From Hemiscyllium ocellatum (taxonomy: Eukaryota): DNA of 64,000 bases. The position numbers and the translations under genes are program-made. Under the pieces are notes generated by a model. It did not search any database. It saw only the letters and a program-made list of their open reading frames with translations, and had not been told where the DNA came from. Shown in pieces: positions 34,917 to 48,002 of this stretch; position 1 is the first letter of the stretch, and every line of letters begins with the position of its first letter. The stretch is taken from contig NC_083430.1 of NCBI RefSeq assembly GCF_020745735.1, positions 30,928,909 to 30,992,908 of the forward strand, in the 5' to 3' direction.

Positions 34917-35617
34917 GTACAGTACCTTACTTTGAACACAACCCCTTGAATACCATGTTGCCCTTATCAAGCCTTGCTTGTCCCTGGTTCCTGCCCACAG
35001 GAGTGTTTTTCCTGGTAATGGAAATATTGAATAAAATTATTTGCACAAATGGATTTTTCACTGAGCCTCTATACTTAAAAAAAATTTGGACAGATGATCA
35101 GGTCCAAAGAGTCAATTTTCCTGTTAAATGTGATCCCACACACTAGGTCTTTATTAGCTTTAAGTGAACAAGTAAGGACAAATGATTTTTTTTGTCTTTA
35201 TAGTTAAAGTCACAAACGTACTCAAGTTTTAGCCTCCAGGTTTATAAATCTGCTTCCTATTTTACAAACTGTCAGACAAATGCAAAGGGCCATTAACATG
35301 TGAAATATGAACAGAGACCATTCGGCTCTTCAAGCTTGCATCACCATTGAATGAGATCAAGCTAATCCATTTGTGTTTCAAATTCCAGATTCGCATCTAA
35401 CCCCGATAACACTTAATGCCCAAAGCCTGACAAGAATTGATGTGTCTGTCTTACAAATATCTGTCTTCTGAGGCAGAGAATTCCAAAGTAGCACAATAGA
35501 CACAAACCTGCCCTGAAAGGCTGACCCTTAATGTTAAAACAATGTCCCCTCCTGTTCCGGATTGATCACAAGAAAAACATCCTTTTCGCATAAACCTTGT
35601 CAAGATCATTCAGGGTC

Positions 35618-36830
35618 TATGATTTGGAGGTGCCGGTGTTGGACTGGGGTGGACAAAGTTAAAAATCACAAACCACATGGTTATCGTCCAACAGTTTTGT
35701 TTGGGAGCACTAGCTTTCGGAGCGCTGCTCCTGCATCAGGTGGTTAAGGAGTATAAAATGGTAAGACAGAATTTATAGCAAAAGTTTATAATGTGATGTA
35801 ATTGGAATTATATATCGAAAAAGACCTGGATTGTTTGTTAAGTCTCTCATGTTGGTTTCAGTTCTTCCATATGTAAATCCCAGGACTTTTTTAAAATTAT
35901 ATTCTCAAGGGAACCTTAACAATGGTATCATGTTGACCCAGATAATGCATTGAAGGTGTGAGGAGCCCTGCGTAAGGCTGTCTGTGCCCCAATGTTCAGA
36001 CGGATTCTAATCTAAAAAAAAGGGATTTACAGAATCTTTCATGGTTTCATACAGTTTTTGAGCAAAATCAAATTTAATTGTGCAAGTACAAATTCATCCC
36101 ACAAACTCGTGCGGTGGGTGGGTGGGAGGGGCATGAGTGTCTGTGAAAGAGTATGTATGTGTGTGAGTGTAAAGGGGTATAAGTCTGTGAGAGGGTGTAT
36201 ATGTGTGTGTGTGGGAGTGTATATGTGAGCATATGAGAGAGGGTATGTGTGAGTGTATGGGTCTGTAGGAGTATGTGTGCTTGCGTGGTGCAGTGCGGTC
36301 ACCTGTAGTGTGACATGAACCGAAGGTTCCAGTTGAGGCCATCCCCACGGGTACCAAACTTGGCTATCAGCCTCTGCTCGGCCACTTTGTGTTGTTACCT
36401 GTCCCAAAGTCTGCTTTGGAGCATGATTATCCGAAGGTCCAAGGTCGAATGTCCTGGACCGCTGAAGTGTTCTCCAACTGAGAGGGAACATTCCTGTCTG
36501 TTGATTGTTGTGCAGTGTCCATTCATCCATTGCCGTAGCCTCTGCTCGGTCTCGCCAATGTACCATGCCTCAGGGCATCCTTGCCTGCAGCGCATGAGAT
36601 AGACAACATTGGTTGAGAAATGAGTATCTACTGCGTACACGGTGGGAGATGTCCCCATGTGTAATGGTGGTATGTGTTGACACACTGACACGTCTTGCAG
36701 CATCTACCATGGCAAGGTTGAATGGTGTTGTCCTGAAAACCTGGCAGTTTGCTGCGAACAAGGATCTAGTTTGGTGGTTGTTTAAAGGTGAGAAGTGGAG
36801 GGGTGGGGAAGGTCTTGGCGAGGTGCTCAT
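35618..36830 (-). mobile_element. Penelope-like element 3' fragment (GIY-YIG endonuclease plus tail), with a CA-rich tract
   Basis: NVVYLMRCRQGCPEAWYIGETEQRLRQWMNGH...VGEHF (ORF 36395..36703); hammerhead-like CTGATGCAGGAGCAGCGCTCCGAAAGCTA ~35710-35740. Confidence 0.88.
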
Positions 36831-36929
36831 TCTAATTCACTTCAAGAAGTCACTCCTCAGTCTTCTAAACTACAGTGGAAATAATCACAGTCTGGCCAAC
36901 AGATCTTCCTGAGACTTACTCTGACATCA

Positions 36930-38700
36930 ATCTAGAAAAGGTCCTCTGAACCACCTCCACTGCATTTAAGTCCTTAAGGTAACCAAAATGGCGCACAATT
37001 TTCAAGATATGGTCTCACCAATGCTCTATGCAATTGAAGCATGATTTCCTTATTAGGATCAATTCCTCTCACATCAAATGATAGTGCCCCATTATCCCTC
37101 TTGATTACATTCTGTACCTGCATGCTCACTTTTTGTGATTCATACACCAGAATATCTGAACTCCACCCGACCTCGGAATTTCACCATCATTCGCTATTTA
37201 GATGATACCCTTTTTCATTTTTCTTGTCAAAATAAACCACTTCACATTTTCTCATGTTATATTCATCTGCCAATATTTTTGGTCATTTGATGATTGATCC
37301 ATATCCATTTGCAATGTCTTTATGTCTGTTTCACAATATACTTTTCAAGCTATCTTTGTCTGCAAATTTAGCTACTGCACCTTCACTCATTTCCTGGCAA
37401 AGACCCATTTATGCATTAAATTGTTCAGAACAGTTCTGAAGAAGGGTCACTGGACTAAAATCATAACTCTGCTTTCTCTTCAGATGCTGCCAGACCTGCT
37501 GAGCTTTTCCAGCAATTTGTTTTTAATACCTTCTGCTAACTCTTCTAACATTTCTTCCAGCCAGCCAATCTTCTATCCAAGTTTATACAGTATCCCCTAC
37601 ACCAGAGCTTCTATTTTTTAGAATAATCATTGCTGTGGCACCTGATCTATAGATTCTCTTTATCCACATTCATCAAAATAAATTGGTTAAATGCGATTTT
37701 CCCTTTGATAAAGCCATGTTGATTCTTCCCAATTACTTTGTTTTTCTCTATGTGTAGCTGTAATCTCTTTAATAATCAATTTTAATACCTTCTTCACAAC
37801 AGATGGCAAAGTAACTGGCCTATAGTTTTGTTTTCTCTCCTCCTCCCTTCTTGAATAAAGAGATCAGATTTATCCCTTTACAGAACAGAGAACTTTCCTT
37901 AATCTGGGCAGTATTGAAAAATTAACACCAATGTATTCATTATCTTATTAGCAACCACTTTAGCAGCTGAGAACAAAATCCATCTGGACCTGGAGGTTTG
38001 TCAGTCCACAGCTAGGTCAGTTTGCTCAGTGGCACCTCCCTTATGATTGTAATTTCATTAAGTTCATTCTTTCCCTCCAACTCCTCATTTACAGCTATTA
38101 CTAGAATGTTATTTGTATCATCAATAGTCAAGACAACAGCAAAAGAGCTGTTCATTTAATCTGCTGTTTCCTTATTGTCTACTAACTCCCCATTTTCACT
38201 TGCTCTCTTGTAGAAACTCACTATCCATTTTTAAAATATTAATTTCCTCATTTTGATTTCTTCCTCCTGAGTAACCTGTTAGTTATTATCTGCCATTCTT
38301 CATATTCTAATCAATCATCTAACCTGCCATTCAGCTTATCACAGTTATATGTTTTTTCCTGAAGTTTGATGTTTTTGTAACTTCTTTTAGTCAATGAAGA
38401 GTGGTGGGCCCTCCATTGAGATTTTTTTTTAAATAGTAGAAATATATTTATTTTGAATGTTCTGAAATATCCCCTTAAATTTCTATTAGTGTGTCTATAT
38501 TGATCCATCTCCTGGTCTCATGCACTAGTCCACTTCAGCTAACTCAACATTGATGTGTTCATAGATATTTAGGTTTAAATTAGTAGGTTTCGATCTAATC
38601 TTCTCCCTTTCAAACTATGAAGCAAATTCAATTACGTTGTGTTACCTGTGAGTGCTTTAATTTTGAGGTCATGAATTAATCTTGTCTCATTAGACAAAAC
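36930..38700 (-). mobile_element. Very old CR1 LINE remnant with PLE-tail insert (~37432-37525)
   Basis: Scattered ORF2 motifs (KFADK, QHGF.KGKS, YRPV) on - strand. Confidence 0.6.
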
Positions 38701-38709
38701 CATATCACG

Positions 38710-39010
38710 GAATCCCTACAGTGCAGAAAGACCCATTGACTCAACACCAATCCTCCAAAGATCATTCGCCCCCAGACCCCATTCTAACCCCACATTTACC
38801 ATGGTTAAACCACTTAGCCTGCACATCCCTGGGCACAATGGGCAATTTAGCAGGGCCAATCCATCTAACATGTACACCTTAGGACCGTAGGGAGGAAACT
38901 GAAGCACTCAGGAAACCCACACAGACACAAGGGGAATATGCAAAGTCCACAGTCACACAAGGCTGGAATTGAACCCACGCCCCTGTCATTGTGGGGCAGC
39001 AGTGCTGAGA
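38710..39010 (-). mobile_element. HE1-type V-SINE (older subfamily)
   Basis: GGCAATTTAGCA.GGCCAAT and GAATTGAACCC blocks. Confidence 0.8.
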
Positions 39011-39244
39011 GTAACCTGCCCTCTGATTGGCTCCAAAAAGCACTGCTCGAAGAAACTATCTCCAAATCATTCTATGAACTCCTCTTCCAGGCTACCACTG
39101 GAATCTAATCAAATTTTTCTGTGAAGATTAAAGTCACCCAAGATTATTGATGTCCCTTTATTACAAGCATCTAATATTACTTCTTATAGACTTAATGCCA
39201 CACTGTGATTACTGTTAGTGGGACCGACAACCACTTCACCAAAC

Positions 39245-40415
39245 AGTACAGCACAGTACCGGCCCTTTGACCCTCTATGTTGTGCAAACTTTAATCCTTC
39301 TCTACGATCAGACTACCCTTCATTGTAGTAACGTCCATACACCTATCCAAGAGTTGCTTAAATGTCCCTAATACATCTGACTTTACCACCACTGCTGGCA
39401 GTGCATTTCGCACACCCACCACTCTCAACGGAAGGAACCTCCCTCTGATATCTCCCGTAAACCTTTCTCCAATAAAAATTATGCCTCCTCGTGACAGACA
39501 TTTCCACCATGGGAAAAAAAATCTCTGGCTATTTACACTATCTCTGCCTCTCACCATCCTGTACACCTCTATCAAGTCACCTCTCATCCTTCTTCACTCC
39601 AATAAGTAAAGCCCCATCTTTCCTTGTAAGACATGCCCTCCAGTCCAGGCAATATCTTGATAAATCTCTTCTGCACCTTCTCTAAAGCTTCCACCTTTTT
39701 CCTATATTGAGGTGATCAGAACTGAACACAATTTTCCAAATGCAGTCTAACCAGGGCTCTGCAGAGCTGCAGCATAACCTCACTGCTCTTAAACTCAATC
39801 CCACTGCTAATAAAAGCCAGCGCACCATAACAACCCTATCAACCAGGGTGGCAATTTTAGGGATCTATTGACACGGATCTCAAGATCCCCCGTTCCGCCA
39901 TACTGCTAAGAATCCTGCCTTTAACTCCATATTTTGCATTCAAATTCGACCTTCCAACCACTTTTCTAGGTTGAACGCTATCTGCCACTTACCAGCCCAG
40001 TTCTGCATCCTGTCAATGTCTCATTGCAACCTAAAACAGACCTCCACACTAACCACAACGCCACCAACCTTCCTGCCATCAGCAAACTTATTAACCTACC
40101 CTTCCACTTCCTCATACAAGTCATTTATAAAAATCACAAAGAGCAGAGGTCCCAGAACAGATTCCTGCAGAACACCACTGGTCAGCTAGCTCCAGCCTGA
40201 ATACTTTCCATCGGCCAACCAATTCTGCATCCAGACAAAGTTTCCCTGTATCCCATGCCTCCTTACTTTCTGAATGAGCCTGCCATGGGGAAGCTTATCA
40301 AACACCTTGCTAAACTCCATTGCTCTAATTTCATCTTGGTGTTTTGTCACATCCTCAAAGAATTCAGTAAGGTTTGTGAGACATGATTTGCCTCACAAAG
40401 ACATGCTATCGCAAA
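39245..40415 (-). mobile_element. CR1 LINE 3' fragment
   Basis: MRGDLIEVYRM..., KFAD, RT remnants. Confidence 0.85.
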
Positions 40416-40519
40416 TCAAACTTCCACTAGTGATCTGTTTGCCCTAACTATTCCGTCACCTCCACATCCTAATTTTCTATACTGAGCCCATCTTTATTGT
40501 AAAAAAAGACTTAAGTACA

Positions 40520-40695
40520 GTTTCCTCCCACAGTCCAAAGATGTGCAGGTCAGGTGAATTGGCCATGCTAAATTGCCCGTAGTGTTAGATAAAGGGATAA
40601 ATGTAGGGGAATGGGTGGGTTGCGCTTCGGCGGGTTGGTGTGGACTTGTTGGGATGAAGGGCCTGTTTCCACACTAAGTAATCTAATCTAATCTA
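40520..40695 (+). mobile_element. 5'-truncated HE1 SINE
   Basis: Near-identical to 12768-12945; (AATCT)n tail. Confidence 0.88.
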
Positions 40696-42004
40696 CTATA
40701 TAGCTTCCCATTTTTCCTTAAATATCTTATACCCCTCAATATCGTCATTTTGAAGCTATATTGTTTTAATGGCTATGAGATCATATTTATGGCAAATTAT
40801 ACTATCAACTTGTTTACTTTATGAATCCTATGCAGAATCAGATTTTTGTCATTGTTCTCATCGTATCTAGTCTTGAACATGGCGTATTTCCAAGTTTTTT
40901 TCCTCTGCCTCTTCCTGTCATTCCTCTCCTACCTTGTCTCTACTCTGATATACTACAGCTTTCCACACTTGACCTTTTCTCCCTAAATTTAGTGTATAAT
41001 ATTCTCTCTTCAGTTTACAATAACACTAGGCCAAACATCGCCACAGTCCACTTTCCCTAGTACTGGTGCCGTTGGTTCACAAACCCAAATACAACTTTCT
41101 CCGAACACCAGTCTAAGTATTCACCTCCCTAATTGTGTGCCCCATGCTAAAAGTAATAATTCAGATTTTAACCTTTGAAATTCTGCTTTTAAATTTAGTT
41201 ATATGCACATCTGTGCAAGTCATATCATATCTGTGCAGCAATTCTTTCCTAGTTTTACCAATTTCAGTGGTATCTACATGGAGGATCCCCCCTCTCCCAT
41301 TGCACTTCCAGCAGATATCCTGAATCCTGACAACTGATTCAACCATCTGCGTTCTCATGCTTTGTTGCAAAGGACATTGTTTAGTAAGGAGGGTTGACAA
41401 TCACCTACTTTCTACATCGCTCCGCCATTTGAATGATTCCTTGTAGTGTGCAGAGGGTTAGTTTGCTCATCCATCCAGCAGCCCCTCTCATCCAGACAGG
41501 CTGAGAACACCCAATCTATTGGACTGTTGCGAAGGTTGATATTCCTGTATTCTGGATCCTGTTATTTGTCACTTGCAATACTTTTACAGAATGCAATTGC
41601 GCTTTCTACTCAGAAAGCCTAGGTATCTTTTTAAAAAATACCTGGAAATCTCTGGGAAACATCACTTATCTTTGACTCAATTTAGGCAATACACATCGAA
41701 TACATTTAAAAGTCCAGGAGTATCAAAATGAATCAGGCTGGACATTGCAAAATGCAAATGTACATACAGAAAAAAATGGACTAATTCTTAAGGAAAAGTA
41801 TTTCACCAATAGTCAGATTCTGATTCCAGTACCTTATTAGAAGCTGTGGACATGGATGGATAGTGAAATTTTCTGGGAATTTATGAGTATCTCTTACTGT
41901 TTGTATTTCTCAAATAGATAGAAAGCAAGCCACAATCATCTGTTATCATCTAGTTTTAACATCTTTACTGCCAATGATTTTGAAAGTTTTGCTATGTTTT
42001 GACA

Positions 42005-42125
42005 CACAGCTACCTGAAGGAACAGCACTCCAAAAGCTAGTGCTTCTAAATAAACCTGTTGGACAATATCCTGATGTGTGATTTTGAAACTTTGTCCACC
42101 CCAGTCCAACACCAGCCCTTCCACA
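42005..42125 (+). mobile_element. PLE tail fragment (second family)
   Basis: CCTGAAGGA.CAGCACTCCAAAAGCTAGTGCTTC...; reverse complement of the 35618-35745 segment. Confidence 0.7.
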
Positions 42126-42711
42126 TTAATCAACCCAGTTGAAGATATGACACTCAGGGTGGAGGGGGGGTTGGAGAAAGAAGTAGAGATGGAGCTGGGA
42201 AGAGGCATTCTTATACCACTCTAACAATAGGTTGCTTGGGAGGTAAAGATGACTAGGACAAAATGCTGTTTATGCTGCTATGATTGTAAAACTACCTTGC
42301 ATGCATCCTCTGCTATTCACCAGATCACATGACCAGCAGTTTACCAGCATCTACTCAGGAACCAATGACCAAGTTCACTGCAACATCCTCTTTCTAAAGA
42401 ACATTCCCGATAACAGAATTATCAACAGTTTTACTTCTATTTTGTGACGATTTGCCCACCATACCAAAGGACAATGTCCCCATGAGACCTACAGCACTGA
42501 ATACTGCTAGTAATATGGACACCAAATAAGGCAGAGTGCTGTTGCTTTAAAGTGCAAATTGATAATGTAAACTTACTCCATAGCATTTCATTTTCCTTTC
42601 AATTGCTGATATGCAAAACCAGATGACTACAAGTCATCTTGGTTACCACCAAAAAATACAAAACTCAAATTTAAAATAAAATCTAGAAAAGAGAGAGGCA
42701 GGCAGTGTTAG

Positions 42712-45700
42712 ACAGTCATAAGTGCCGACCAGCTATCCCGACCTAATCTAGTCCCACCATCCAGCACCTGGCCCATATCCCTCCAAACCCTTCCTATTCA
42801 TATACCCATCCAGATGCCTTTTAAAATGTTGCAATTGTACCAGCCTCCACCACTTCCTCTGGCAGCTCATTCCATAAATGTACAACACTACGCGTGAAAA
42901 AGTTGCCCCTCAGGTCTTTTATATCTTTTCCCTCTCACCCTAAACCTGTGACCTCTACTTCTGGACTCCCCCACCCCAGGGAAAAGATTTTGTCTATTTA
43001 TCCTATCCATGCCCCTCAATTTTGTAAACTTCTACAAGCTCATTTCCCTGGAGCATCGGAGGCAGAGCAAACAACCCCAGCTTATTCAACCTCAGTCTAA
43101 TTCAAATCCTCCAAAACTTGGCAACATCCTTGGACAAGTTCAGAAAAGATTTACAAGTTTCACAACATCTTTCTGATAGGAAGGAGACCAGAACTGCATG
43201 CAATATTCCAAAAGTGGCCGAACCGATGTCCTGTACAGACACATGACCTCCCAACTCTTGCACTCAATGACGAATAAAAGAAAGCATACCAAACGCCTTC
43301 ACTATCCTTTCTACCTGCAACTCCACTTTCAAGGAGCTATGAACGTGCACTCCAAGGTCTGTTCAGCAACACTCCCGCAGACCAAACCATTAAGTGTACA
43401 AGTCCTGCTAAGATTTGCTTTCCAAAATGCAGCACCTCATATTTATCGGAATTAAATTCCATCTGCCACTCAGCCCATTGGCCCATCTGATCAAGATCCC
43501 ATTGTAATCTGAGCTGAAAATGTTGTAGGTACTGGCTGTCCTGGTTGGGTCCAAATTTTAAACCCGCACAGATTCTGGACTACGTTCAGACCAACAAAAT
43601 TTGGACCCAACCAGGACAACCAGTACCTACATTTTCAGCTCTGATCTCCAGCATCTGCAGGTAATCTGAGGTAACCTTCTTTGCTCTCCACTACAGCTCT
43701 AATTTTGGCGTCATCTGAAAACCAATTAACAATACCTCTTATGCTCACATCCAAATCATTTATATAAATGAAAAAGAGAGGACCCAACACCGACGCTTGT
43801 GGTATCCCACTGGCCACAGGCTGTCAGGCAGAAAAACAATCCACCATCATTCTCTGTACCCAAATGGCTAGTTTTCCCTGTATTCTGAGATCTAACCTTG
43901 ATAACCAGTCTCCCATAGGGAACCTTGTCGAACACCTTACTGACATTCATATAGATCACATCTACCACTCTGCCCTCCTCAATCCTTTGTTGCTTCTTCA
44001 AAAAACTCAATCAAGTTTGGGAGACGATTTCCCACGCACAAAGCTATGTTGACAATCCCGAACCAGTCCTTGCCTTTCCAAATACATGTAACATTCCTGT
44101 CCCTCAGAGATTCCCTCCAACTTGTCCACCACAACCATCAGGCTCACTGGTCTATAGTTCCCTGGCTTGCCCTTAGCACCTTTCTTAAACAGAGGCACCA
44201 CTTAGCCAACCTCCAGTCTTCTAGCACATCAACTGTGACTATGATACAAATCTCTCAGCAAGGGGCCCAGCAATCACTTGCCTAGCTTCCCAGAGTTCTA
44301 GGGTACACCTGATCAGGTCCTGGGGATTTATCCAATTTTATGCATTTCAAGACATCCAACACTTCCGCCTCTGTAATAAGGATTTTTTCAAGATGTCACC
44401 ATCTATTTCCCTAGTCTATATCTTTCATGTCCTTTCCCACAGTAGATACAGATGCAAAACACTCATTTAGTATCTCCCCCATCTCCACACAAAAGGCCAC
44501 CTTGCTGATCTTTGAGGGGCTGTATTCTCTCCCTAGTTAACCTTTTGGATTCTCCTTAACCCTATTCGCCAAAGCTATCTCACGTCCCCTTTTTGCCCTG
44601 ATTTCCCTCTTAAGTATACTCCTACTTCCTTTATACTCTAAAGATTCACTCGATCTATTGTCTATATCTGAGATATGCTTCCTTTTTCTTAACCAAACCC
44701 TCAATTTCTTTAGCCATCCAGCATTCGCTACACCGACCAGCCTTTCCTTTCACCCTAACAGGAATATACTTTCTCTGTACACATCTTATTACTGAAGGCT
44801 TCCCATTTTCCAGCCATCCCTTTAGCTGCAAACATCTGCCTCCAATCCACTTTCGAAAGTTCTTGCCTAGGACTGTCAAAATTGGCCTTCCTCCAATTTA
44901 GAACTTCAACTTTTAGATCTTGTCTATCCTTTCCCACTATTTTAAAAACTATTGGAATTATGGGCACTGGCCCCAAAGTGCTCCCCAACTAACACCTCAG
45001 CCCTGCCTTATTTCCCAACAGTAGGTCATGTTTTGCACCTTCTCTAGTAGGTACATCCACATACTGAATCAGTAAATTCTTGTACACAAATTCCTCTCCA
45101 TCTAAATCCTTAACACTATGGCAGTCCCATTCGATGTTTGGAAAGTTAAAACCCCCTACCATAACCACCCTATTACTTTTAAGAGATAGCAGATCTCCTT
45201 ACAAAATTCTCAATTTCCCCCTGACTATTGTGGGGTCTATAATACAGCCTCAATAAGATGACCATCCCTTTCTTATTTCTCAGTTCCACCCAAATAACTT
45301 GCCTGGATGTATTTCTGGGATAATCCTCCCTCAGTACAGCTGTAATGCTATCCCTGATCAAAGGCCACTCCTCTGCCTCCCTTTGTCCTTCCTGTAGCAT
45401 GTGTATCCTGGAACATTAAGCTGCCAGTCTTGTCCATTCCTGAGCCATGTTTCTGTAATTGCTGTGATACCCCAGTCATTTCCTAACCACACAGTTCATC
45501 TGCCTGCGCTGTTAAGCCCCTTGCATGGGAATAAATGCAGTTTATCAGTCCTACCTTGTTCTCTACTCTGTCCATGCCTGTTTGACTCACTTCTATTCTC
45601 AACTGTGCCAGTCTGAGATTGGTCTCTTTCCTCACTATCTGCCTGGGTTTCTCCCCCCACCTTACTAGTTTAAGTCCCGAGCAGCTCTAGCAAATCTCCT

Positions 45701-46500
45701 TGCTAGTATATTAGTCCACTACCAATTCATGTGCAATCCATCCTTCTTGTACAGGTCACGTCTACCATAAAAGAGATTCTAATGATCCAAAAATGTGAAT
45801 CCTTCTCCTATACCAGCTTCTCAGCCATTCATTCATCTGCTCTTTCCTCCTATTCCTACCCTCACTAGCTTGTAGCATTGGGAGTAATCTAGTTATTACT
45901 ACTGGAGGACCTCCTTTTTAAATTCCTACTTAACTTTAATTTCCCTTCCTAGGTGTTGGCTCCAGTGTACATTGACCTCCTGCAGTCCCCTCTCCTTTGA
46001 GAACATTCTGCACCCTCAGACATCCTTGATTCTGGCATCAGGGAAGCAACACCATTCTGATTTTTCGCTGTTGGCCACAAACATCTGTCTGTACTTTGGA
46101 CTGGAGAGTCCCCTATCGATTGATCTCTTGGAACCAGACCTACCCTTCATTGCATTGGAGCCAGTCTCAATACCAGAAACTTGGCTGTTTGTGCTATGAT
46201 CCCCTGAGAATCCATCACCCCTTACATTTGCCAAAACAGCATACTTGTTTGAAATAGAGATAGCCACAGGAAACTACTGCATTAACTGCCCTGCCTCTTA
46301 CCTTTCCTGGAATTAACTCATCTATGTGACTGTACCCCCTTCCTATAACTGCCATCCATCATATCCCCCTGCTTTTGTAAATTCCTCATTGCCTTTAACT
46401 GTCTCCAACTGATCCATTCGATCCTTTAGGATTCAGAATCAACGGTGTTTATTGCAGATATAATCCTCATTAACCTGTAAACTCTGCCTGAACTCTCAAG
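42712..46500 (-). mobile_element. Near-full-length but deleted CR1/HER1 LINE (ORF1 plus ORF2)
   Basis: ORF1 ISISNKYAVL...CFPDARIKDV (46016..46267); endonuclease IWVELRNKKG...YYRP; RT remnants; collinear with 23030-25500. Confidence 0.9.
43514..43660. mobile_element. Chimeric fold-back insertion: PLE-tail termini around a 108-bp inverted-repeat cassette
   Basis: 10-bp TSD GTAATCTGAG (43504-43513, 43661-43670); 36-bp inverted repeats 43524-43559 / 43596-43631 (35/36 match) with a 36-bp spacer. Confidence 0.75.
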
Positions 46501-46856
46501 CATACTCTGCTAAAGGCCAATTTTGATCATTCACAAAGTACAGGCCCAGAAAACAGCAGTCTTATTCCTCTACAAAATACTGCACCAGGCTAAATTAATA
46601 AAGTATTGTTAAATTAAATTCAATACTGGGAACTGTATATTATTTGATGTTATCTAAGTCTGTTATACGCACTACATTTACTCACTCAGTCTTAGGAAAT
46701 TCAGCTGTCAAACCCCAATAATTCAGACAAAAAAAAATCACTTGCATAATTGAGCAATATTTTTTTGCTTGTGGTGGGTATTTGCCCACCATCCTAAAGT
46801 TCCTTTAAATATCTATAAAATGCCTCCCTGTGAACTATAACAGCATATAAAAATGC

Positions 46857-46862
46857 TTTATT
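46857..46862 (-). terminator. Probable RSRP1 polyadenylation signal AATAAA
   Basis: TTTATT on +; a second at 46906-46911; ~440 nt past the stop, U-rich downstream. Confidence 0.6.
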
Positions 46863-47299
46863 GAAAAGAAAACATACAAGAGCAATTTAAATTCACAAAA
46901 TTACCTTTATTAAATTTTGGAAAACAGTGAATATCGACAAAAACAAATGGAAGTATTTGTGGAAAAAAAATAAAGTCCCACCTGAAATCTTGGATAAAAT
47001 TGCCAGTATCTTACCTGCAAAACAGCAATTTATTTCAGAAATATAGTATTTCATTTGGCATATACTATCAAAGTCTAAACATCTGTCCACTCAACACTGA
47101 TCCACACATGAAGGTTATTCCAGTTATGTTAACTTTCACAAAAGCTAGAATACTTTGGATTAAGCTAAATGGTACATGATTCACAAATTAAGTGGAGTGC
47201 TATCACAATATTCTGCTCAGCAAAACAGTTCTACTAGGGTCTTCTGGATAATTAGTCTTATGTACAAAAATATATATTTTAACATATTTCAAAAGGCAT

Positions 47300-47443
47300 T
47301 CAACGAGTCTTTGTTTTATCAGTGTTCTTGTGGCCATTATGAACCAGTACCCACTGTCCATATGGGCTTCCTTTCAGCTTTTGTTCAGGAGAGTCTCTAG
47401 AAGAGTTTGCTGTTTTTTGACTCAATGGTTTTGCCACAGTATT
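47300..47443 (-). CDS. RSRP1: RSRP1 last coding exon
   Basis: ttgcag| NTVAKPLSQK...KGSPYGQWVLV...TR*; matches the human NSVAKP...KSPYGLWIP motif. Confidence 0.92.
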   Translation of the reverse strand, partial: NTVAKPLSQKTANSSRDSPEQKLKGSPYGQWVLVHNGHKNTDKTKTR

Positions 47444-47903
47444 CTGCAAAGGAATAAATAGATTTTTAGTAGCTGACAAATGCAGCCAGAACTGCAAAGA
47501 TTTAGTTTATAGGTATAGAATGAATAATAATTTAAGTATGCCATTATTTCAGGTCAATTGTAACCAGAAAGGGATTATAGCTTGCTATTTCATCAATATA
47601 TTATCACAGTAACAAGCACAGCACAAGTTTGAAGCCACCTCAACTAATGTTGATGCAAAACTGCCATATCAGCACAATGTACTAATACAGAAAAGAACTT
47701 CACAGAATGGAAATCAATTTTAAAAATTGGTAAACAAAGAAGATAGCACATTGTCACATCAAAGCAGGAAAAACAGCTACAGACTAGACTGAGCAAGGTG
47801 CTGTAAACTTCACATCCATACATTTCTCCAAGCAAGAATTTATAAACAATTTAAAAGGATAGTCAAGAAGGAAATAATGCAATAAAACATTTCATGCTCT
47901 TAC

Positions 47904-48002
47904 TTTAACACTGAAAACTATCCAGTGGTTTGTTTCAATCTTTGCAGGGGGACTGGTTAATTTCTGAAGTGGTTCATCACCTTCAGCTTCTTTTTTGTAG
48001 TC
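47904..48002 (-). CDS. RSRP1: RSRP1 penultimate coding exon
   Basis: gtgtag| DYKKEAEGDEPLQKLTSPPAKIETNHWIVFSVK |gtaaga; 99 nt, phase 0-0; IVFS corresponds to human IAFS. Confidence 0.85.

Noticed and set aside
43524-43631. 36-bp repeat / 36-bp spacer resembling a CRISPR unit
   Set aside because: The repeats are inverted, there are only two, the context is vertebrate and there are no cas genes; the minisatellites likewise lack unique spacers
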